A stretch of 63,214 bases of DNA, the filler included, from Vermamoeba vermiformis (Eukaryota), in the NCBI GenBank assembly GCA_045837725.1. It is 5 parts of 5 records of this genome, joined end to end, with 100 filler letters (N's around TTAATTAATTAA, not from the genome) between each part and the next. Parts side by side here need not be neighbours in the genome. Positions count along the whole stretch, not along the records: positions 1 to 28,976 come from JBEWZL010000170.1; 4 more parts are not named here. The stretch is one strand, 5' to 3'. The translations under genes and the position numbers were made by a program. Shown piece after piece: positions 1 to 14,070 of this stretch. The notes under the pieces were generated by a model. That model had not been told where the DNA came from, searched no databases, and was given only the letters and a program-made list of their open reading frames with translations. Numbering within the stretch: the first letter of the stretch is position 1; each line of letters begins with the position of its first letter.

Positions 1-2
1 CG

Positions 3-203
3 CAACAAGAACCTCACCTTGATGAAGATCCAATCGAAGTTGGACGCAAGATCAGAGACGAAGGACTCACACCTCAACTTCCATCATCATTGGAGTGCTT
101 GACTGACTTCACATCGATCATGAATCAGTGTTGTGCATTTGATCCGAACTATCGTCCGAGTATCGAACAAGTCCTTCAAAAACTCGAGCAGATTCCTCTG
201 TAA
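3..203 (+). CDS. 3' end of a TKL/tyrosine-kinase-like protein kinase (partial)
   Basis: Frame 3 reads QQEPHLDEDPIEVGRKIRDEGLTPQLP...IMNQCCAFDPNYRPSIEQVLQKLEQIPL*, matching kinase subdomains X-XI (CxxxDPxxRPS). Confidence 0.8.
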   Translation, partial: QQEPHLDEDPIEVGRKIRDEGLTPQLPSSLECLTDFTSIMNQCCAFDPNYRPSIEQVLQKLEQIPL

Positions 204-483
204 CTTGTACTAGCGATTAATAGAACTTGGATACAATTCTTTTTACAAGTGCGTAATGGTCGGTTGATGTGCTGCAAGCATGTTGGATCAGCTGATCAAG
301 ACCGAATTCATAACAACTCTGATCATACTTGGTACATCCAGAACTTCAATCTAAAGCATCATTGAAGTTTTAATTAGTAGTAATAATTAGCACTATTTAA
401 GCCTGTTAAATTCCATTTCATGGCTATCAAACGTCCTTTATGAAACACACTGTCAAAGATTTTTATTTCTGATCAGATGATGA

Positions 484-1720
484 CTAAAACATTTTTTTTA
501 TATCCAAACACCACCTTCTATCTTTGAGTGTGTCAATATTTTGAAAGATATTGAGTGCCAAGTTACCAAAACTTCCTAATTCGGGGGCAGTTACATGTTT
601 AAATATATTTAGCCAAATCTCCATTGGAAAGAGTTGATATGATTCTGGTCGTTTAGCAATACTAATTAGAGCAATTATCATTCTCTCCAACATGTTGTAC
701 TTCAAGTATTTTTTGTTAAATTGAGTACACTTGAAAATGTTTTGTTCTCTACCATCCTTGCTTGATATAAACTCTTGGCTGCATTCAATATGAGTTAATG
801 ACCGATTGATCATCAAAGCCTCACTGATGGTATCAAGCCCTTCTAAACCAAACTTGTTGTATGATGCATCAAGATAACTTAATGACTTGGTCTTACTTAA
901 AGCAATGCAAAGATATTCACATCCTTCAATGGTCATGTTCGTTCTTGCCAAGCTCAAAGTGTTAAGCGTAGTGTTGTTTTTGAATAAATCTATCAATACT
1001 TCACAACCTTCTGTTCCAATTTCATTTTCTGAAACATAGAGTGCTTGCAGTGTTGTGTTATGTTTGAGTGCATTGCATATGCTGGTAAATCCAATACTTG
1101 TGAAGCTATTTGAACTGAGATCAAGGTATGACAGAGCTCTATTTGCTTTGATTGCATCTTCTAAATATTTACAGCTTACATCATCAATATTGCAATCAGC
1201 AAGACATAGACATTCAAGAGACTTGTTGACTTTCAGTGCTTCACTTAACACTTTGCACCCTTCAACACCAATGTCAGGATTACTTTGCATATCGAGGTTT
1301 TTTAGTGAGTTATTGATTGCAAGAGACTTGCTTAATAATTGGCACGCAGCAGATGTTAATTGAATGTTTCCAATATTCAAGGTTTCAATTGAGTTGGTAA
1401 ATTCGATCATTCTGCTCCACCAAGAAAACTCCAAATCTAAGTGACTGTCGTAAAAATCGACCTGTTTCACGGACTGATTCGCCATAAGAGCATTCCAGAG
1501 AAGTTTGAAACAATCCTCTGGGATGTGGCTAGTGCCATGAAAGGAGATTGTCTTTAGGCTTTGATTGGTTGCGATTGCGTCACTAAGTAGCGTCCATTCT
1601 TGTACGGAATCAATTTTGATGAAATTGATATTCAAAACGACAAAACCGGCTGTTAGTTCAAAGGGCTGCCCATTTTTTAGCGCTTCTCTTAGTTTGGGAT
1701 AATTGCCTGCAGTAATCTTC
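484..1720 (-). CDS. RNI/NLRC3-like leucine-rich repeat protein with C-terminal F-box-like motif
   Basis: ORF 484-1635 has ~28-aa LRRs (LKNLDMQSNPDIGVEGCKVLSEAL, LSYLDLSSNSFTSIGFTSICNAL). The frame stays open to a likely acceptor near 1720, so the true start is further upstream. C-terminal LFPMEIWLNIFKHV. Confidence 0.85.
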
Positions 1721-2197
1721 TCTTAATTAGGTATTGTCAACCCTTTAAGGAATTTTTTACCTGCACTTTGTTGTTGCCGGCAATTCGTATTCGTTTTGAA
1801 TAATTTTGTTGATCTGCGTTTTGAATTAATTTTTTATTACCGCAATTAAAAAATATTAATTTAGCCACTAACCTGTATCAATCATGTCCTCGAGAGTTCT
1901 CTTCCTAAAAATAATCATTTTAATTAATTATGGATTTGGTAATTCAATTTATGGTACTTCTGAAGTAGTATATTCTGTTAACGCGAGTAAATGCGCTTAC
2001 ATCTGGTAAAGAATAATTTACTGATGCCAACTTGTGTTAATTTAATAGTAATTGTTTCGTGAATGAAATTTTGTGCACAGTGCACTTGTCAATCCATCTT
2101 TGGCAGCTTTGAGTAGTGCATTACGCTGGTCTTCTTCGTAACTGTGTTACAAATCATTATTCCTTTTATTTACAACAATGGTACTCATTATTAATAT

Positions 2198-3190
2198 TTA
2201 CGTCATGTGCGGGGGTCTCGTACTCAATAACGTCGTACATTGCAGTAATGTAGCCGTGGGTTTGCAACACTGCCTCTTCTGAGTATTTGCAGTGCACGCA
2301 TCAATAACAGTCCTCAATTGAGTCATATTCTCGTGTAATTGTGATATTAAGACGTTGTTTTTGAGTAGATCCGCTTTCTTCGGTTCTTCTTTGAGTACAG
2401 CCAACAACAAATGATACAACAAGGCCACAAGCATGAGCGGCGAGGCAGTTGACCTCCTGCCTTTGCTGTACGGCCTGTATAACAAGTCCTGCAGCAAAAA
2501 GCGATGCAACAGGGAAGCTGACGGTACGAATGATGCATCAACCTCGTTGGTGTCAGTACGAGCTCGTTTGAGCGATCTCGTGCTCGAACCACGTGGACGA
2601 ATGTATTCTTGTAAGAGACTTGAGTCAAAATTACGCTCCAGAATGTTCGCAGTTACTTCGCAGATAACTTTTGGGTACTTGAAGGTCTATTAAAGGTCAC
2701 TTTTCATAAATTGAAGCTTGATTGATTGAGTACGTACCCTTAATATGAGTAGGCGGAGTGAGTCATCCCTTAGTGAATTAAATAGTTCGTAGAATTGTAA
2801 GTAAATCAGGTTGTGCAGTTTTTCATCGTGCAAGAACGCCAACAAGATGTGTTCGAGGAAGAGGCAGCTGAGCTTGCGTACTGGAGATTGCGTTTCTTCT
2901 ATTAGGCACGACACGATTGGAAATAACTCGGTTGCAATCTTCGATTTGTGCTAAATATAGTTGATGCCTTGCCTTCTCTGCCGTGTGCTTCGATCGGATC
3001 CAGATTTGCGAGCCATTCTTTAAGTAACAATAACGAACCATCGATCATTGTAGTCGTCGTTTTATTAGCCTTGAGCATTTGTACGAGGGACGTCCAATCT
3101 TCCGGCTTGCCCGTTGCAGGCCTGTTACAAAGTAGTGATCTAATTTTGTAAATTTCGAGTAGCGTTTTATCTTCGTCATCAGCATCGCCT
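2198..3190 (-). CDS. Hypothetical multi-exon protein
   Basis: Minus-strand open segments (2198-2509, 2690-2914 and upstream) separated by GT..AG-like gaps; no recognisable motif. Confidence 0.4.
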
Positions 3191-3615
3191 TGATAAATAA
3201 ATAATAATTAAGATTATTACAATTTTTTTTAATATTGAATTAAAACTAATTTTCTGTTGGAAGTCGTGCTGTTGGTCATTTATAATTATTTACCTTTCCC
3301 CGATAATACATCGATTTGGCTCCTTATATATTTTTGTATATAGCTTTACGAAGTTAATTTTGATAGCCAAGAGATTTTCGGATTTGGACTCACGCTTTAT
3401 CTAGCTCGGGTATAGCGTTATAATTGACGTATTTCTTCATATTTTATTGTACTGAATTGTATCATGCTGAAAGTAAAAAATAATAATCTAATGGAACGTT
3501 CCAACTTTTTTCGTGTCCCCTCCGTTCGCTGAATTATTTTGATTCAACCTAAAACAACAGCACATGAGACTAGTTACGTCATATTTACCAACCTTGATAT
3601 CAACACGTCGCTATA

Positions 3616-4558
3616 ATGGGTAACACGGCGAACAAGTACGTACTTGAGCGAATTTTTAGCTTGCGAGTCATCCAGCTCGATCTAAATTTTGCTGATGAAA
3701 CAAGCAATCCTAAAAATTTAATGATTAATTGTTATTATTTTTGTATAGAGTAATGGCAATATTGCCTGGTCCATTGTCATATCACAAACAAGAAGATAGC
3801 AGATTTACTAACTTGCCTGAAGATATGATGATCGCTTTAGTGGAGTTTTTAGAGCTCAAAGATTTCATTTCCTTAATTACGACGTGCAAATACTATAACT
3901 ACGAATTAATTGGTCAAGTAAGTCAGATGTCCTCGATCGATGATTTTCTATTTAAATCAATTAACTAATTTGATGCTTTCAGAGCAACATATTATGGGCT
4001 CATATTTGTCGTAGTCTTGGCAACATTAATTTCATTATTCGATCGATTCAATTTGGTAGACGGTGGAAAATCAACGCTGGTCAAACTGTGGATCTCAACA
4101 AAACCATCGATTTGACTGATAGAGATGTCGTAGCAGCGTTCAATTTCCGAGAAATAGTCGAGGAATATTATTTGCGAATACTTCACAAGGCTAGCTTGAG
4201 AAACGAAATGGAACATTACTTGACGAGACAATTGCAGTTCCATTATTATTTAATTACCGTAGAAGTAGAGCAATATAGCAGTGCTAAATTAAGGCAATAT
4301 TGGACTAGGGACCTGTCGAACTACAAAAAATTTCGTCAAGATTACTTTTTTATTGTGGATTTGGATGTGGACCCTTCAGCGGTCGATAAATTAGCGGACG
4401 ATGGATTGCCATATACCAAAGGAGGGCGTATTGTTGCTTACAAGAAGTCTAAACGCGATCCAGGCGAGCGCAGACTTGACACAAATACATCCAGAGCAGA
4501 AATGGAACGGCGGTTTGTGGAGAAGATGCGAGAGCTTAAAAACCTTGAAAAACAATAA
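3616..4558 (+). CDS. F-box protein, possibly N-myristoylated
   Basis: ATG GGT AAC (MGNTAN) followed by an intron; F-box FTNLPEDMMIALVEFLELKDFISLITTCK; last exon ends at TAA 4558. Confidence 0.7.
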
Positions 4559-4907
4559 TACTAGTGTACGTGAAAAATATAAACCTATTATTCATTATTA
4601 GTAACCTTTCATAAGCTCCTGCTTTGTCTTAACATATTTTAAGCGCAATTCAACTTGCATTTTGAGAGACAATGTTAGTTTTAAGCTTATGAAGCACCGT
4701 GGTTGATTGCTTGCCTGAAGATGTTCAGAAGTGCGTAAGTTCAGTAAGCCACTCATGATGGCTCCATGTGCTCGCGATTTTATGTTCACTACTGACACAT
4801 TTCCTTTTTTAGATCTCGCTATCTAGTTTGGGGTTGATCGTGATCATGAAATTTGGCACTTTTGACACTGAGAGCGGTAAATGCACCACAACAGCGACTA
4901 ATTTATT

Positions 4908-6725
4908 ATGGAAAATTTCATCTCGAAAGAGTTCTATCGTGTGCATCTGGTCGTCTTCGGATTGACTTTGGCTTCTCAACGACGGCACTCGCTGCAACAG
5001 ATACGACTATTAGAAACTCTAATGGCACGACTATCAATATGGAATGCGTTGAAATTATTTACCAAGGTAAGACTGACTGTCAAATTTTCGGCAGATCCAC
5101 TAATCCAAATTTTAGGCAGCTTGCAAGAGCCTTTCGACTTACCTATTAGTGGCGAAGTTACTATGGATATTGAGAATACGTATAATAGAATTTTTATGCT
5201 TCGACGACACGGCGCAGTGGATGATTTCGTTTTGGATGCACAAAATGCCGGTGCCCTTGCAGTAATTATTATTTCTCCTACCTTCTGTAAGTACCATATA
5301 TATTTTGCAATACAATTTACGAACAAATCCCGGCGATGATGACTTTTTGACGAAAATAATTTCGACAGATGTCGGCGGCTACATGAAATATCGATTTGTA
5401 GATAAGGCAAATATAGCCAATATTAGTATTCCTTTCTTCGAATTTGGTCTAAAGGACGGCGAAATATTGCGAGACATGTACGAGCACAGTGAGATCCAAA
5501 ACATTACGTTTATTCCGAAAGGTATGAATCTTATCTACAAACTCGTTATTTTATTAATATGATATTTAGATACCATCAATCCATGGGATTCATCGTTCAA
5601 TAACGCCGGCTATTTTCTTTGGACAGGTACACATGTTGCTCCGCGTGTCACATTTTGACACTCCGGATCTAGAGCCGAAAAATCGGAGTACTAACTGAAA
5701 TTAATACTTAGCACTATTGGGTGTTTATTCTCTTGTAAATATCTCGCTGATAATTTGGAAGATGAAATTGTTTATCGGATTCTACCAAGGATTCAGGATG
5801 TCGATGCCACTATTTATCTTAATGATCGAGCTAGTATCTAATACACGTACGTAATATTATTATATGAATACAGTACTGATTTTTGACCAGTTCGTATCGC
5901 CTCAACTGTGGATATTGTGTGCGGGAACTGGATTTACCCTGAACTCGTTTGCGTTGCCCTCAGTGAAATATCAGTGCCGTTTGGAATATCATCGTTCATG
6001 CTAATATCACTATTTTGGCACGAGATGATGACTTCAGCGACTGTCGTCGTGCATCCGTTCATTGTCAAAATGCGGATTCCATTTTTCGTCGGCGCAGGCG
6101 TGTTGTTGGGACTACAACTCTTAAGAATTTTCTTAAAGTCATTTACTAACCTCGATGGATTGGGTGCTATCGCTGGTAAGTCCTCGTATAACGGATCTCA
6201 TTGGAGCTAATTCGAACAATTGCAGCTGTAATGTATCTCGTGTTTAGTATTGGCTTGATCGCGCTATATTTAGTCACTGGAATTAAATTGCTGCTCCGAT
6301 TAAAGAAGAGCAAGCACTTAGGACGCGCAGTCAAGCTACGAAAGGTAAGGTATTATTTTTAGATCTGTCCTCTTTCATTGCTAACACTACTTCAGACAAC
6401 AATTAAGATCTTAGTTAGCGCAGGATTTTTGTTCTTGTTCTTTTTAATAGCAGCATTTTGGACCTCAGGCTTGGCATACTATCCGATCCGTAAGATCTCT
6501 TTGTTGTTTTTTTTGTTGAAATTAACTCCTTGCTTAGGTTATATGGTTGTTTGGTATGCTACGTTTACGTTCTTAAATTCGACGTCGTTAATGAATATTT
6601 TGGCGTTTGAATTGCCTGCTGGTGCGTCAACAACGAGTACTGGAACTTCGGGCAATTCGGGATCCGTTCAAACTCCAAGATCCTCTTCTACCGCAATCCT
6701 AACTACAAATCCAGTAGCTTTATAA
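4908..6725 (+). CDS. PA (protease-associated) domain + multi-pass (about 7TM) membrane protein
   Basis: PA signature DAQNAGALAVIIIS and ISIPFFE, then hydrophobic exons (SVPFGISSFMLISLFWHE, MRIPFFVGAGVLLGLQLL, TTIKILVSAGFLFLFFLIAAFW) and a Ser/Thr-rich tail. Start uncertain. Confidence 0.65.
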
Positions 6726-6830
6726 TTGTAACAATAGTAAAAATTGGCCAGAAATATGTGCAGTTGTAAAAATACTTTTTTACTTCGAATTTAAAGTTCT
6801 GACCAAAGACCACGATTGTAAATCAAAACT

Positions 6831-9800
6831 ATGCCGCCAAAAAGAAAAAGGGTCGCTAATGCTACTGAAGAAGATGAAGGCCCAACGAAAAAGCAAAAGT
6901 TGATTTCCACGAAATCGAAGTCAAATTTGAATCAAGCCCAGATAATTCCAAAAAATACCACAACTGCTGGTAAATCAATAGGAATATCCTGGTCATCAGA
7001 TTTGCCTCCAGAAATATTATTCAGAATTTTTACGGTTGGAAAATTTAAACCAAAAGATCTTCGAAAGGCCAGCCAAGTTTGCTGGTCATGGAACAGTTGT
7101 CTGAAAGATGAATCATTCGGATGGGCTCCCTTTACAACAATAACTATGGCTATAATATGGGACGGTAAGATCTTGGCCTCGATCTTGGTCTTTTTTTCGC
7201 AAGCTGATATTTTATTCAGATCATCGCAAGACTGATCAAACTCCACCGCAAAACTTCTACTTTGGGTATGCCACGCCCCAACCCTATAGTGGTCCCAAAC
7301 CGACTGAACTTAAAGTAATCAACACCCCGCACTACCTCTCTCAAAACGGTTACAGCAACTACGGTACCGAAGTGATTCAAGTATGAGATTAAATTAATTT
7401 AAGACGCATATGTTTATTAATAATATGCTACAGTTGCTTAAAAACGGCAAACAATGCGCTCTGGGCTACATAACTTCCGGAGTTTTGCCGCGACATCTCC
7501 GAGATCTCGAGAGCAATATTTACGAGTACCGTTTGAAACAAAATATTCAGCCAGTGAATATGGGGTACTATAATTATGGGGCCACTAGCACTAGTACCCA
7601 GTATGATATCAAGATTGAAATTAACTACTCTCGGTAAGGACCTTAAGATACACACTTGAACGACCGTTCAATAATAGTCACTATTTTTGCAGCCTCGAAA
7701 ACAAGATTCGCAAGAAAGAAAAGATTCCGCTTGACTTGCTCTCGGCGACTATTCTTCGTACCGCGAAAGTGTTGCAAGACTGCCCAGCCTTCGAACACCA
7801 TGCGTACCTCCCAAAGCTCTTCAATCCAGACGACACTTTCACGCCCACTGTAAGACCTTTGAATCTTTGAATTTACGTTGTTTGACTGACCAATCAAATT
7901 TGGCAGGTACTTCCGGTCATCACTGAGCAACCGAAAGAAATTGTCAATGTGACATTGCACCAGTATCAAATTGAAGCGATCAACTGGATGGTCAACATCG
8001 AGAAAGAATGTCACAAAGGCTTTTCAGTCTCGCCGCTGATTCCATCTAAGTCCGGAAGCATCTTCCTCAATTGTACTCCCACTGGACGCGAGCTCGTGTT
8101 GTTGGAAGACACACCGAAGCACAACCTGACGTACAAGCCGAAAGGAGGAGTGATCGCTGATGAGATGGGCCTTGGAAAGACTGTTGAAGGTAACACCTGA
8201 CTGTCATATATTAATCTCATAGTCTACGTGCTCATTCGTTATTGTGATAGTTATTGGTCTGATTCTGTCCAATCCCAAGCCTGACAGTCTGAACGAGCGT
8301 GACACGTCGCCGTACTTTGCGAGCAAAGCGACACTTGTATTGTGTCCGAATCAGTTGGTGCATCAGTGGAACGCAGAGATTGAGAAGTACTCTGAGCAGA
8401 AACTGACCGTGATTCAACTCACGACCATCGTGCAAGTCAAGAAGCATACTTATCAAGAGATTATGGATGCTGGTACGCTGCAGCCAATAATCCGCTGAAA
8501 TACTCCTTTAACTAACCACGTCATTTTTAGACGTCATTATTGTCACGCATAACTTGCTTCGAAACAACAACTACTTGTCATTTGCGGACAACTGGGAGTC
8601 AAAGCTTCAAGTAAGTCGTACACTTGTTCCTTTATAATAATAGGTCTGGAGGAGCTAACGACATTCGCGCTTTTAGAAAGTGAAAGATAAAGACGCCAGT
8701 ACCATCAGCGGAATTATTCTGAACCACTTCCATTGGTATCGCGTCATCATCGATGAAGGCCACGAAGTTATTGATGAACTGAAAATCAGAAGTATAGATG
8801 CGGCATAATGAACTAATATCGTACTTATTACTAATATTTCCGTTCACAGCTGACCTGTGCTCGATGCAACGAGATTTCAATTGGTACATGACCGGCACGC
8901 CTTTCCCAACGCTGTAAGTCTGATTCAAGTCGATATTTCCGCGGCCACTGATCATCTTCACAGGCAATCTTTGGAACATGCTCGAGAGTTCCTTGGCATA
9001 ATGTTGCCTAGAAATCCTTCCCACGAGCTGTTAACATTTGATGGTGGCAGGATGTACGACCACCTGTTCCAGCGCCCTACTACTGAAGTTTACGTCGAGT
9101 AAGTCCATACTTGAAGAGTCCTAAGTCCGTCTAATCGCTTTATAGGGCTGCTCTCGATGACATAATGATCAACAACCTCGTGTGGAGAAACACAAAAGTA
9201 CGTGAATGTCAATTTTACTAATGATGTACTGTGCTAACATCTGAAAACAGAAAAGCGTCAAAAAAGAATACGAAATGGTCAAGACCAAGCACAAACTGGT
9301 CTTGTTGTCGTTGTCGCCGACAGAACAAGCAGTGTACGACGACTTCACGGCTGAAAAGAACTATTACGCCATCAAATCTGATCCTCGTCGCTTGTTGTGC
9401 ACCAAGCTCGACAGTGCATGGGGCAATACATTGACTGAAATCAGAGAATACTGGAAGGACGTGAAGAAGACTCGCATTGCTGAGAAGAAAGCGATTGTGA
9501 AAGAGCTCGAGAAAGGCTTCAACAACAAAGCCCTGGAAGAAATGCACCACAGCACTCGTCGTGCCATCAGCAACAGATTTGAACGAGAACGAGCCTCCGT
9601 GCAAAGAATTATTGATAAGGACAAGGCGTTGTTGAAGCAGTACGAGGCTATTGTAAGTGTCACCAAAAATATGATGATGTTTGGCGGTTTGAGAGGTGTC
9701 TCACATGTACGAGCAGGACCCACCAAAGAAGCTGCAAAAGAACTCATTTGAATGGCTGCTCGAACAGTACGGCACAAAGACAGCTAATTTGATTCAGTTC

Positions 9801-10571
9801 TTGCGCAAGCTATTTGAGAAAGACGAAACAGCACGTGCCATTGTGTTCTCTCAGGTACGCTCTGAATAACGACTGTTTTTTGAGTCTGACCTGCTTATTC
9901 GTTTAGTTCCCTGACTACTTGAAAACACTTCAGCGCGTGTTAGAGGACCATGACATTCCCACGAGCAGTGTCAAAGGGTAAGTGCCAACCAATCAATACA
10001 CCTCCTTCCTTAAACAGTTGTTAATCACACTGTTCGCAGCAATGTGCACAAGAAGTCGAAAGAGCTCGGCAAGTTCAAAGCAGAAGAGTCCGATGTGAAA
10101 GTCGTGCTTCTGAGCTTGACCAAAGTGGCATCAGGAATGAACTTGATCGAAGCCAGTCACGTCATATTGATGGGTACATTATAATTAGTAGTCAATACAG
10201 CATATTATTGATCGAGCACACTGATTGGTTGTTTTTCAGATCCACATCCAGGCACACGCGAAGAAGCAGAAGCGTACGAGACACAAGCAGTTGGTCGTGC
10301 CTATCGTCAAGGACAAACCAAAGATGTGACAGTGATCAGATTCATCATCAAAGACAGTGTCGAACACACTCTTTATGTTCGGAACTGTGCCAACGAGAAA
10401 GGTAACAATCCATCAAAACGATTTGCTTGGCTTCATATTCTAACCGCTCTATTATTATTTGTAGAGGAAAAAGTGACATTGACGAACACTCCTTCAAAAA
10501 TGCTCGTACGAAGCAACAGTTTCAGCGTACTGCTTGCCAACAGCCAAGAGTTGTGTCGTAGTCAAGAATAA
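6831..10571 (+). CDS. F-box + SNF2-family (Rad5/Rad16/SHPRH-like) helicase, copy A
   Basis: MPPKRKR NLS; F-box WSSDLPPEILFRIF..SQVCWSWN; LHQYQIEAINWM; motif I GGVIADEMGLGKT; Ia ATLVLCPNQLVHQW; II RVIIDEGHE; III WYMTGTPF; IVFSQF; SGMNLIEASHVILMDP; QAVGRAYRQGQ. Confidence 0.9.
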
Positions 10572-10641
10572 CAGAAAATCACATGGAATATAATTCAATC
10601 ATAAAATTACAGCTTTATTTTTTGATTTTGTTCCGACACGA

Positions 10642-13404
10642 TTATTGTTCGGGGCTCGGTTTTTTTTGTTCGTACATTTTCAACTTGCCCTTCAGCTCGA
10701 AGATTTCGTTCTTCAAAATCATATTCTCGTGATAGAACTTCTCGTACATCGAGCGATAATCATCGGTTGTGGTCTCTTTGAGTTTTTTGTTCTCACTCTT
10801 GAGTTCTTTGATCTGATCACTCATCGCTCTCACATTGCTCGCAAGATTGGCCATTTCATCTTCGAACGATGAGCCTCCTGTTGACATTGGCACGCTACCA
10901 CTCTTGCCTGCACTGCCATTGAAGCTTCCCGTTGTGGTGCCTTTGTTGGTCGACTTCTTGCGATCACTCGACGATGCAAACTTCTTGGTGTAAGATCTGA
11001 TCACAGCTTGAAGTTGTGCTTCGTTCATTTGTCGGAGCTCTTCTTCAGTGTACGAGAACAACAGTTTGATCTTTGGAATGAACAACACACTGAGCGAGGT
11101 CATTGTCAAGAACAAGATGCAGCAGCACAACAGTGCGAAGCGAACAATGACATCTGTCACCAAGAAGATGACTGCGACAAAGATAACGATGAAACCAAAG
11201 TTGTACATCTAAATAGGTGCAACTGTTAATACTCTGAAATACATGAGAGTCGAACAAAGATGATACTTACAGCCCAACCAATGTACTTGGCTTCGTTGTA
11301 GAGTGTCAATCGAAGCTTGCTCACGAGTGCTGAGATGATGATGCCAAATATCATCACGATACCGTTGAACACGAGCAAAGTGATGCCAGTGGGGAAGTGG
11401 AACAAGCAGAATGAGAACTGTTGATCACCTTCATTCTGGAACTCGAATGAAGCAGGTTGAAGTCCCATCATCACAGCCAAGATGACACACTCACCCAACA
11501 AGATCACTCCAACACCAAAGCCAACATCACGATCAGTGTATTTGACAAGTTGAAGTGACTTGTTCGAGAACAACAAATAGATGCGTCCTGTCTTTGCGAA
11601 CAAAGATCTGAAGATAACGTTGGTCAGTAATGTGTTGACACGTGTCACAAGTGTCAAAGTGTCAAACACTCACCCGAACAACAATGCAAAGCCAACAGGA
11701 AGCATCCAAATGAACAAATTGCAACCAATCATCGTGTTTGAGACGAATGCAATGACTGAGCCGAACATCAACATGCCTCCAATGCACATTGAGATCAAGA
11801 ACACACCACTCGATGCGATGATCACCTTTGACTTGCGACTGTAGGTAAACACGTTAGAGATGAAAAGGAACACATTAATAATACGTACTACTTGAGAGTG
11901 ACAATCAAATAGAAGAAGGTGCACATGACACAAAGTCCGCTCAACACCCACATGGCGATCTGAAGGTCAACTCCGACTTCTTTGTAGGACGCTGATTGGA
12001 TGAAGGATATTAGCATCAGTTATCTCTACAACACTATTAGTGCACTTACAAGGACGGATCCAGTTCTCCCAGATCTGTTCGTTCGCTTGGACCCACTGAC
12101 AAGCAACGTCGAAGACCGAAGTATTGACATACAAGTTAGCCAAGAGTTCGGTCATCTGATTGCCGTTCAATGAATACGACTGTGCTAAGAAAGCAGTTTC
12201 AGGACTGTACTCGGGCAGATTTGTCCACATCACTTTGCCGAGAATTTCAGGAGGATAATACACAGCTAATCAAAGTTCGATGAGTACACTTATTATACGC
12301 CACCGTTGCATATAAGATGCACTTACTGTCGTTCGGCAGTTGAATACGCATCAAGCTATAGACGCTGTCCAAAGTGTGCGGTCGCCAGAAATAAAATAAC
12401 ATGGGCTCTTTGCGGGCATAACGCTCCTTCAAGACATCAGCCATCTCGCCTTCACCACTCAAGAACTGGATGTTGAGGGAGTAATTTTGGTCCTTGATGA
12501 TTCGTTCTTCGACCTCCATCCAGTTTCGATCACCAAGAATGAGCGTATTGTTGAAGTAACCAGCGACACGTGGATCCGAGAAGTCACCGAACAATGCCTC
12601 GGGGACGTCATCGAGGACATATCTAGGCACGTACCAGCCTATAAATATGAGATTTAGTTAATAGGGTAAAGTAATAAACGGAGTTGATGAAATTGTTTTG
12701 TCTCGATCAGTTCTGCTCAAAGTAAGCGTCAAAATAGAGAGGTGATAAATCAAGATGAGGTAAGTTCAATACGTTATATGTGACACAAGGTTACGATAAA
12801 TCGACCATGCAACAATTCACAAACAAAAACTGTCGATCCAACTTACCGACTTGACCAACCATGCCGAGAGGGCCGGCAGAAGTAATAGTCTTGTCTTGAA
12901 TAATGTATTGTTGCTCTTGTTTTACTCGCGATGACGGCCTATCGGTAAACTGTTAGTGTGCTTTGTTGGAGATCTAGAAGTTGTGCACAAATAATAATTA
13001 TCAATGTAGTTGATACTAAAGGTCGTCTTACCAGTATTCCAATATTATATGAACCTCTCCTGTCGACATTCTGTCCCATGCTTCACCGCTATCGTCGATC
13101 GCGACAATTTCATTCCGTACACCGATTGCTTCGTCCAATAAAATGCTGGCGATGTAAGCATTCAAGTACGAACTCGACCAAGGGTTTAATACAATTTTTA
13201 CAGGGTTTCTGGCAGCATAGCCTAAAATTTTGTAAATTAACGAGATGCGTCACCTTTTAGCGGCTGGATCTACATACCTGCAGGGCGAGGTCTATTCAAG
13301 CAGGGTCCTCTTGCACTATACTGTGTAGTAGTATCTTGAGCAATGATGGTCGCGAACAAAGCTACCAGCACAAGACCACCTAAGATGCGTAAAGTAGCGG
13401 ACAT
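10642..13404 (-). CDS. Class C (GABA-B-like, 7tm_3) GPCR with ProX/OpuAC-type binding-protein ectodomain, paralog 1
   Basis: Signal peptide MSATLRILGGLVLVALF; ectodomain PWSSSYLNAYIASILLDE..ILEYW..GWYVPRY..PMLFYFWRPH; 7TM SLFAKTGRIYLLF, YNEAKYIGWA, FIPK; coiled-coil tail. Confidence 0.85.
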
Positions 13405-14070
13405 CGTTCGCGGCACTGATCTGTGTACGAATTGTGGGCTTTACGTGGAAGTTAAAATGTTAAATTAAAATATTAACCAGAAAATCAGAAACATTGGGAA
13501 CCTATCAATCAGTCATATCGTGTCGTTCGGCGGTATTTTTTTCCAAGTTAGGAAATTTGTTGATCCATGCTTGTGAATTACATAATTTCAGCATCTCGTG
13601 TTAAGATTATAACAAGAACACATAAATAGTTTCGTTTAGTCTCTAAGGTATGAAACAATCGCTGCACGAGTAACAAACGAAGATGAGACGTTGATCTTTT
13701 AGTATTCGAGAAGATAAAATACTAGAATGCTGAACATGTGTGTATCATACTTAAAATAATCGATAGACTACCAACATACTTCGATATTAATATTACTAAA
13801 TTCAAAAATAAAAATTGCAAATACCAAAACTTGCCAATACTTGAAATTCTAATAATGTTCAAAACACGCGATGTTAGGGTAATTGTTGATATAATTTGCT
13901 ATTTAAATTCGAACACATACCATCTGAGGACTTGCCCGTACCTGGTGGAAAATTTTGTGGTATAATGAATACAAGTCACTATTGTTCAACAACGCATACT
14001 TAATGCAGCTATGTTGCACTTGCGATAAATAAAATTACAAATTTATTTTCTTTTAAAAATTCGCGTCATG

